From positions 62,001 to 91,118 of IMG/VR virus record IMGVR_UViG_3300015615_000735: 29,118 nucleotides of DNA, one strand, 5' to 3'. The position numbers were made by a program, and so were the translations under genes. The number at the start of each line of letters is the position of its first letter. Within the stretch, counting starts at the first letter, position 1. Shown piece by piece: positions 24,254 to 29,118 of the stretch. The notes beneath the pieces are model-generated. The model searched no databases. It was not told the origin of the DNA and saw only the letters and a list, made by a program, of their open reading frames with translations. Origin of the DNA: an uncultured virus (IMG/VR IMGVR_UViG_3300015615_000735) (lineage: Duplodnaviria > Heunggongvirae > Uroviricota > Caudoviricetes).

Positions 24254-24327
24254 AGGACTCGGCAGGCATCGAACCTGCGCGCATCGGCTTAACAAGCCGC
24301 CGCTCTTACCGACTGAGCTACGAGTCC
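24254..24327 (-). tRNA. tRNA-Asn(GTT), atypical acceptor end
   Basis: GGACTCG/CGAGTCC acceptor, GCTC/GAGC D stem, loop TTGTTAA, GCAGG-TTCGATG-CCTGC T arm; G1-C72, U73; no encoded CCA. Confidence 0.9.
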
Positions 24328-24333
24328 AAGTGT

Positions 24334-24464
24334 TGGGAACGATGGTGGCTTGTGGTTCGTGGTAGGGGTAGCGACCCGATGTCAGCCTGAGCCAACACCT
24401 GCCCCGTGTGGAGGCACCAGAACACTCGCCACATGCTAGCTAGGCATCCACCACCATCGGCCCA
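24334..24464 (-). ncRNA. Unassigned ~130-nt multibranched RNA between two tRNAs
   Basis: Closing stem CGATGGTGG/CCACCATCG (extended by TGGG/CCCA); internal hairpin GGTGTTGGC-TCAG-GCTGACATC whose three G-U pairs form only on the minus strand. Confidence 0.55.
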
Positions 24465-24465
24465 G

Positions 24466-24550
24466 TGGGTCAGGAAGGAGTCGCACTTTCGGGGCTCCGA
24501 AGAGCACGTGGTTTACAGCCACGCCCGGCCCTCTACCGGACTACCAACCC
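24466..24550 (-). tRNA. tRNA-Tyr(GTA), non-canonical D and T arms
   Basis: GGGTTGG/CTGACCC-A73; CGTGG-CTGTAAA-CCACG anticodon arm; long variable arm GCTC-TTCG-GAGC; T loop TGCGACT. Confidence 0.8.
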
Positions 24551-24614
24551 AGGTGCCCGCCTTGCGACGGGAGGCGAGAGCACAGCGCCGTCGAGCGGCG
24601 ATCGCATCTCGCTG

Positions 24615-24682
24615 CCGACCTCCGTGGAATCGAACCACGCCCTACGGATTTGGAATCCGATTGGCCCCATGGCCTGCGGCCG
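24615..24682 (-). tRNA. tRNA-Trp(CCA)-like, reduced D arm (68 nt)
   Basis: CGGA-TTCCAAA-TCCG anticodon arm; CGTGG-TTCGATT-CCACG T arm; acceptor CGGCCGC/GAGGTCG (one mismatch), G73; D hairpin GGCC-ATGG-GGCC. Confidence 0.7.
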
Positions 24683-24755
24683 AATGCACACGGCGGATTA
24701 CAAGTTCGCCGTGCCCACCACTTCGGGATTTCAGGTCCCGCCGTGGCAAGACAGT

Positions 24756-24881
24756 CTAAGAACGAATCTTCGGCCAGGTCACCACCACCGGCCAGAGGAG
24801 CACGACGAGCGGCCCTTCTTTGCGGGGAGTCGGCTCGACGAGAGCCAATTCGGGATGCGGGATGTGTGGGCGAGGGGTCAT
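24756..24881 (-). CDS. 41-aa micro-ORF
   Basis: Hand-translated MTPRPHIPHPELALVEPTPRKEGPLVVLLWPVVVTWPKIRS; AAAGG RBS right after the upstream stop. Confidence 0.4.
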   Translation of the reverse strand: MTPRPHIPHPELALVEPTPRKEGPLVVLLWPVVVTWPKIRS

Positions 24882-24891
24882 CGTCGACCTT

Positions 24892-24996
24892 TCACTGGCA
24901 CATCGGCACCGGCCTCGCGCATTGCACGAGCCCGTCGACGACGATTACTGCGAGCACTGCCGCGAGGAAGGCAGTGGCGAGTTGGCGAAGGGGCAT
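24892..24996 (-). CDS. 34-aa single-TM peptide
   Basis: MPLRQLATAFLAAVLAVIVVDGLVQCARPVPMCQ; TGATG-coupled to the upstream ORF. Confidence 0.55.
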   Translation of the reverse strand: MPLRQLATAFLAAVLAVIVVDGLVQCARPVPMCQ

Positions 24997-25214
24997 CAAC
25001 CCGCCTCGGGGCCAAAGTTGGCGTCGGCCCATTCCGGCGAGCCGCCGACCTTCTCTCCGCGCGCGATGGCGGCCCGGATGTCGACCGCGAACGAGGCATT
25101 GGCTGCCCGCGCGCACGCGGCGCAGATGCCGATCTTGCGGCAGATGCGCTTGATGCTGGAGTCCGTGTCGATGCAGCGGAGGCAGGGGCCGAATTCGGTT
25201 CGCGGTTCGCTCAT
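24996..25214 (-). CDS. 72-aa small protein with two CxxC motifs
   Basis: CLRC...CAAC; AGGA RBS shortly after the gp36 stop. Confidence 0.6.
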   Translation of the reverse strand: MSEPRTEFGPCLRCIDTDSSIKRICRKIGICAACARAANASFAVDIRAAIARGEKVGGSPEWADANFGPEAG

Positions 25215-25230
25215 GCCCCAATCCTAAGCA

Positions 25231-25701
25231 TCAAAAGTCGCCCATCTTCTCCCAGAACCCACCTTCGCGGCAGACCGTGGAAGTCGACGCGGTCCCGCCC
25301 GACGTAGTCGAGTCGAACAGCGCGCCGCCGTGGTTCGCAGCAGGATCGGGAGGCGACTCGCCGAGCATCGTCTTGCCGTCGCGGAGCCGGCAGAGGTCCT
25401 TCTCCGCCTGCTCCATGAGCTTGATCCAATCGAGCCCGATGACCGCCTCGGGGTGACGCTGCGCCGCGTACGCGACTGCGACGTCCAGGTCGAGACGAGT
25501 CACCTCGCGCGGCACTTGGCCGACATCGAAGGGCAAGAGCCCGAGCGGGGCGAGGTACGAATTGACCTTCGCCTCCGCGTCTTCGAGCAACTGCTCCACG
25601 GCGTCGTTGTCGCTGTTGCCTGAGTGGTTGTCGTCGTAGATCCGCTTGAGAGACTTCGGCGAGATGCGCTTCTCGAGCGCTTGTTTTTTCGTTCGCGCCA
25701 T
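25231..25701 (-). CDS. Head-tail connector, Mu gp36 (DUF1320)-like
   Basis: LEDAEAKVNSYL...LP..VP..VTRL..DVAV...EQAEKDL.RLRDGK. Confidence 0.85.
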   Translation of the reverse strand: MARTKKQALEKRISPKSLKRIYDDNHSGNSDNDAVEQLLEDAEAKVNSYLAPLGLLPFDVGQVPREVTRLDLDVAVAYAAQRHPEAVIGLDWIKLMEQAEKDLCRLRDGKTMLGESPPDPAANHGGALFDSTTSGGTASTSTVCREGGFWEKMGDF

Positions 25702-25713
25702 CTCGCCTCCTTG

Positions 25714-26169
25714 TCAGTCCAAACGAATGAGGGCGCCGGCGGCGACGAGACCAAGGAACGCGTCCTCGCTATGCTTCGTCGTGTCGACGGTGAACTCGAG
25801 GTTCGCCTCGTAGGAGGCGCTGTCCCAGTCGATGGAGCCGTAGGGCCACACCTTCACGCGAGGGCCCTGGAGAGGCTCCTCGGCGGAGGAATCGGCATCC
25901 TTGAACGTGAGCCGGGGCTCGGCCGTGCGGAGCGGGAGGTCACCGTTGGCGGAGGCCCGACGGGCCTTCTCGGCCTCGTGGTCGGCGTAGTCGCGTTCCG
26001 ATAGCGCCTCGAGCTCGGCGGCCTTGGCCTTCGCGGCCTCTTCCTCGGCGAGCATCGCGGCAAGCTCCGCGTCCTCGGCCGCTTTCGCGGCTTCGGGCGA
26101 GGGACTGAGCGAGGGCTCGTCGCCGAGCGGGAGGGAGGCCTCCGCGCTCGGGGATTTCGCCTTAGCCAT
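25714..26169 (-). CDS. Acidic hypothetical protein after the major capsid gene
   Basis: True start MAKAKSPS at a TGATG overlap with the MCP stop; 151 aa, Ala/Glu-rich. Confidence 0.7.
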   Translation of the reverse strand: MAKAKSPSAEASLPLGDEPSLSPSPEAAKAAEDAELAAMLAEEEAAKAKAAELEALSERDYADHEAEKARRASANGDLPLRTAEPRLTFKDADSSAEEPLQGPRVKVWPYGSIDWDSASYEANLEFTVDTTKHSEDAFLGLVAAGALIRLD

Positions 26170-27257
26170 CAGGCCACCACGTTGAGCATCAGGTAGCCGG
26201 TGTCCGACGAGACGACCTTCTCGTCGACCTCGTGACCGACCTTGGCGTAGTAGCCGCCCTTGACGCCGGGCTTGGGATCGAACCACTCGTGGGTCTCCTT
26301 CTGGCCGAAGCGGAAGGTGTAGCCGAAGCTCGCGTGGCGGATGCCGGGGCTCGTGGCGACACGGATGACGCCGAAGTGCTTGCCCCAGATGCGGCTGTAC
26401 GAGGCGGTCTGGCCCTCGTTCGCAGTGTCCTCCCACGCCGCGCCGACGAGGAGATCGTCGAGGCCGAGGTACTCGGCGAGCTGCGTGCGGTTGGGGAGGC
26501 GGAGGCCCGACTGGTGCTTGAAGTCGGTCACCACCGTGGGGTGGCGGCGGAGCTTGTTGAAGACCGCGCGCGAGGTGTAGCCGACGAGGCGCGAGGAGCC
26601 CGCGGCGGGCTGCCAGATCGCATCGATCGCGGTCGCGACGGCTTCGTACGGCGACTCGGTGAACGTCGAGTAGTCGGACCACTGCGTGGTGCCGGCCTTG
26701 GTCGACGTGGTGGCGAAGTTGCCGGCGGTCGTGAGCACCGCGGCGTGGCGCTTCTCCTGCGCGAGCGCGAGGGCCTCGTTCACCGCGGCGACGAGATCGA
26801 TCATCTCGTTCAGCGGCGCGTCCTGGTTCGCGAGGTCGCTCGAGTCGATGAAGTCGAGGAGTGCGTACGGCTTGACCGAGTAGTTGCTCGTGGTGCGAGT
26901 CTCGGTGATCTCGTTCGGAGTCGAGCGGTTCGACACCGAGTCGTCCGGAGTCGCGAGGCGATCGCGCTTCGAGTAGATGAAGTACTTGTCGCTCTTCTTC
27001 GCGACCGACACAATCGGCATCAACTGCGTGCCGATGTAGTCCTCGTTCTTGTACTGAACGGAGATGTTCGCGAGGGTGCCGTCGTTGTGCAGCGAGCCGC
27101 TGACTGCCTTGCAGTTGAGGAGGCCCGCGTTCGCCTTGTCGAGCTTCGCGCGGAGCTTCGGGTCGCTCTTGGCGCGGGCGATGAGCGCCTTCGCGCGCTT
27201 CACGACGTCGGAACCGACCGCGCGGGTCACGTTGGCCTGAAAGATGGCGTTTTCCAT
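26169..27257 (-). CDS. Major capsid protein (lambda gpE-like family)
   Basis: 362 aa after protease and cement genes; LANISVQYKNEDYIG..P.VSV, FNKLRRHP, IWGKH..SFGYTF. Confidence 0.9.
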   Translation of the reverse strand: MENAIFQANVTRAVGSDVVKRAKALIARAKSDPKLRAKLDKANAGLLNCKAVSGSLHNDGTLANISVQYKNEDYIGTQLMPIVSVAKKSDKYFIYSKRDRLATPDDSVSNRSTPNEITETRTTSNYSVKPYALLDFIDSSDLANQDAPLNEMIDLVAAVNEALALAQEKRHAAVLTTAGNFATTSTKAGTTQWSDYSTFTESPYEAVATAIDAIWQPAAGSSRLVGYTSRAVFNKLRRHPTVVTDFKHQSGLRLPNRTQLAEYLGLDDLLVGAAWEDTANEGQTASYSRIWGKHFGVIRVATSPGIRHASFGYTFRFGQKETHEWFDPKPGVKGGYYAKVGHEVDEKVVSSDTGYLMLNVVA

Positions 27258-27279
27258 TTTGTCTGGAGTCCTTTGAGAG

Positions 27280-27344
27280 CGAGCGCCACCGCCCGACGCG
27301 CCATCGAGGGCGGTCGGGTCAGTGCGCGTAGGGTGGTGGGCTCG
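27280..27344. promoter_or_regulatory. Long imperfect hairpin just upstream of the MCP RBS
   Basis: CGAGC-g-CCACCGCCC-GACGCGC pairs with GCGCGTA-GGGTGGTGG-GCTCG, about 20 bp. Confidence 0.5.
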
Positions 27345-27387
27345 ACGTCGAGAATCGGAGTGCGCGGACGTCAGTCGCGCTTGGGAA

Positions 27388-27801
27388 TCAGGCCGTGGAC
27401 TTGGGAGTCGTCACGCCGATGAGCAGGCCGACGAGGTCGCCAGCGACGCCGCTCTGCATGAACTTGCCGCGCAGGTTGCGAATGGTGGTGCCGTCCGCGA
27501 TTGCCTGGTTGGTGAAGCCGGTCGCGTTGGTGATGGCGAAGAGGCCGCGGGTCGCGGTGCCGGCGCTGCCGACCTTCACGGGGACGATGGCGTGGCCGTC
27601 GAGGGCGACGGAGACCTTTTCACCGGCCGTGGCCGAGTTGAGCGCGATGCCCATGCCGTCTTCGCCAGCGCCGCAGTCCTGGCACTCGTCGTCCGCCGAG
27701 GCGAACTTGACGCTGAGTCCCTTGGTCGCGACCTGGCCGGCGGCGACGGTGAACTCCTGGATGAGGGCATTCTGGATCTTGTTGTGTGCACGAGTGGCCA
27801 T
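27388..27801 (-). CDS. Capsid cement/decoration protein (DUF2190-like)
   Basis: 137 aa, Gly/Ala-rich; GIALNSATAGEKVSV, GVAGDLVGLL; between protease and MCP. Confidence 0.8.
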   Translation of the reverse strand: MATRAHNKIQNALIQEFTVAAGQVATKGLSVKFASADDECQDCGAGEDGMGIALNSATAGEKVSVALDGHAIVPVKVGSAGTATRGLFAITNATGFTNQAIADGTTIRNLRGKFMQSGVAGDLVGLLIGVTTPKSTA

Positions 27802-27914
27802 TTGGGAGCCTTTCAGAGAAAAAGCGTCGCCACTCCGTGCGCGCCAATCGGCGGTCGGTTGCTCGCGCGACGCGAGTCGTTGGGTTGGTTCAGGCGCCTA
27901 CGGCGCGTTGTGTC

Positions 27915-28448
27915 TCAGAGCTCGTCGCCGAAGTCGCCGTCGTCGCTGGAGCCGGAGGGCTCACCGTCCGCGCCAAGCTCGTCGGAGAGATCGCCGTCGT
28001 CCGACGCCGCCTTGCCCTTGGTCGGGTCGACGACAGTCGAGGTCAGGCCGAGGTCGGGAAGGCCCTTCACGATCGAGTCGAACGAAGCGCGGTCCTTCTT
28101 CGCGAGACCGAGGAAGTCGTCCTTCTGCGCGGGCGTGATCTTCTTGCCGATGAGGTCGTCGACGTCGCGCTCGGTGGCCTTGTCGGTGAGGTCGGCCTTC
28201 TCCTTCGCGAGGGCGTCGCGTTCGGAAACGACGCGCTTGGCGCCATCTTCGAGGCTCTCGTCGGCCTTGCAGCCGAGAGCGGACTTGAGCGCCTCCGCGG
28301 CCTTGTTCGCGGTCTCGAGAGCACTCGCAGCCTTCGCCGCCTCGACACCCGCTTCCGCGAGCGCCTTGGTCGCGGCTTCGAGCCTCTCGCCCGCGGCCTT
28401 GAGCTCCGCGTCCTTCGCCTCGAGTGCCTTCTTCGTCGCTTCGTCCAT
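27915..28448 (-). CDS. Nested in-frame scaffolding protein (Nu3/gpZ-like)
   Basis: Internal GGAG-AACAAC-ATG (MDEATKKALE) at the start of the coiled coil; 177 aa. Confidence 0.65.
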   Translation of the reverse strand: MDEATKKALEAKDAELKAAGERLEAATKALAEAGVEAAKAASALETANKAAEALKSALGCKADESLEDGAKRVVSERDALAKEKADLTDKATERDVDDLIGKKITPAQKDDFLGLAKKDRASFDSIVKGLPDLGLTSTVVDPTKGKAASDDGDLSDELGADGEPSGSSDDGDFGDEL

Positions 28449-29012
28449 GTTGTTCTCCGTGCTCGCCGGGGGCGGAGCCTTGTCTTTGGTGTCCGCCGAT
28501 CGCTCGGCCATCGCTCGGGCTCGCATCTTCGCGAGCGCTTCGTGGTTTGCCGGAACCGGCGTCACGCTGATCTCTCGGAGGCTGTTCCCATAAAGAACGA
28601 AGACCTCTTTGCCGTCGCGCTTCTCCCACTTGTAGTCAGTGGGGATGAAGCCGACGGACACGGCGCGGAGGAAGCCGCCTTGGATGAGCTTCCAGACCTT
28701 CTCGGCCTCGGGATTCGCGTCCTCGGTGGCGAACTCGATCGTGCACTCGAGCCGGCCGTTCTTCACGCCAACGTCGACCGCTTTACCGATCGGCAGTGCG
28801 CGCGAGTTGTGCGCGAACAGGATGACCGGATTGGCCTTGAACTTATCGAGCTCCCAGGAGGCCTGGTCCACGATCTCGTCGTAGGTGTCGACCGCATCCG
28901 TGCTCGCGATGAAGTCGACTCGGCGCTTCTCGATGTCGATCGACTTGAGCGTGATTCCGAGTCCGACCAAGCCATTCAGGCTCGGGGCCTCGGGGGTAGA
29001 ACCGTCAGCCAT
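27915..29012 (-). CDS. HK97-family prohead protease fused to a scaffold domain
   Basis: FIAST..VD, NPVILFAHN..LPIGK, GFLRAVSVGF, LREISVTPVPAN; coiled-coil C-terminal half. Confidence 0.93.
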   Translation of the reverse strand: MADGSTPEAPSLNGLVGLGITLKSIDIEKRRVDFIASTDAVDTYDEIVDQASWELDKFKANPVILFAHNSRALPIGKAVDVGVKNGRLECTIEFATEDANPEAEKVWKLIQGGFLRAVSVGFIPTDYKWEKRDGKEVFVLYGNSLREISVTPVPANHEALAKMRARAMAERSADTKDKAPPPASTENNMDEATKKALEAKDAELKAAGERLEAATKALAEAGVEAAKAASALETANKAAEALKSALGCKADESLEDGAKRVVSERDALAKEKADLTDKATERDVDDLIGKKITPAQKDDFLGLAKKDRASFDSIVKGLPDLGLTSTVVDPTKGKAASDDGDLSDELGADGEPSGSSDDGDFGDEL

Positions 29013-29118
29013 ATTCGGCCTCTTCTTTGGCCTTCTCGGCCAGCTTGGACGCCTCTTTCAGGCGCGCCTTTTCGTTCTCGATGGCCGCGCGAATCGACTG
29101 GCGTTCGGGCATCGCCCG
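29005..29118 (-). CDS. C-terminus of an upstream head-module gene (partial)
   Basis: Open frame ...ERQSIRAAIENEKARLKEASKLAEKAKEEAEYG-stop, overlapping the protease start. Confidence 0.5.
   Translation of the reverse strand, partial: RAMPERQSIRAAIENEKARLKEASKLAEKAKEEAEYG

Larger units (their letters stand above)
1..29118 (-). mobile_element. Virion morphogenesis region of a myovirus-type (pro)phage: HK97-like protease, lambda-E-like capsid, Mu-like neck/tail/baseplate
   Basis: Colinear head-neck-sheath-tube-chaperone-tape measure-baseplate-fibre order on the minus strand, with tight translational coupling (TGATG/ATGA overlaps, recurring TGAGG-N4-6-ATG junctions). No integrase or att site in the window, so prophage versus free phage is undecided. 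Confidence 0.95.

Noticed and set aside
24334..24464. 5S rRNA or a fourth tRNA
   Set aside because: Similar size to 5S but lacks its conserved CCGAAC and GAUGGUAG/GAGAGUA loop context; no TTCRA T-loop.
24254..24682. tRNAs as a host integration site or prophage boundary
   Set aside because: Core virion genes continue on both sides; no integrase or duplicated tRNA 3' end is seen.
561..26682. ORF-track N-terminal extensions (561..2054, 1918..2850, 3086..4114, 6854..8458, 14499..15479, 19490..20248, 25714..26682)
   Set aside because: The extensions overlap other real genes or the IS end and read as off-frame sequence; coupled or SD-supported downstream starts fit better. No slippery site seen at the MCP end to support a capsid read-through fusion.

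Overview
A high-GC, contiguous late (virion) operon of a contractile-tailed phage or prophage, almost all on the minus strand and reading right to left. Head: HK97-type prohead protease with a nested scaffold, capsid cement protein, major capsid protein. Neck and tail (Mu-like): gp36 connector, gp10-like neck protein, tail-completion protein fused to an IPT/TIG domain, sheath, tube, two paralogous tail chaperones (one with a -1 slippery site), tape measure. Baseplate and distal genes: Mu gpN/gpP/gp45/gp46/gpJ/gp48-like proteins, three paralogous distal tail proteins, a further fibre-like protein and two coiled-coil/TM proteins. The host is probably a myxobacterium (Polyangiaceae-like), inferred only from GC content and the style of one lipoprotein. 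Three inserts interrupt the operon. (1) About 24.2-25.2 kb: three micro-ORFs, then about 550 nt of near-continuous RNA structure with three non-canonical tRNAs (Trp-CCA, Tyr-GTA, Asn-GTT), an unassigned ~130-nt multi-branched RNA and two free-standing anticodon-stem-loop-like hairpins. This is my best candidate for an undescribed system. (2) About 15.4-16.7 kb: a tnpA-less IS605/IS1341-type element with catalytically intact TnpB, inserted antisense between tape measure and gpN, with a guide matching the empty site. (3) About 1.9-5.7 kb: a P22 immI-like island with two antirepressor-like genes, an RHH protein, and leaderless divergent membrane/lipoprotein genes. All calls come from reading motifs and synteny by eye; no database searches or folding programs were run.
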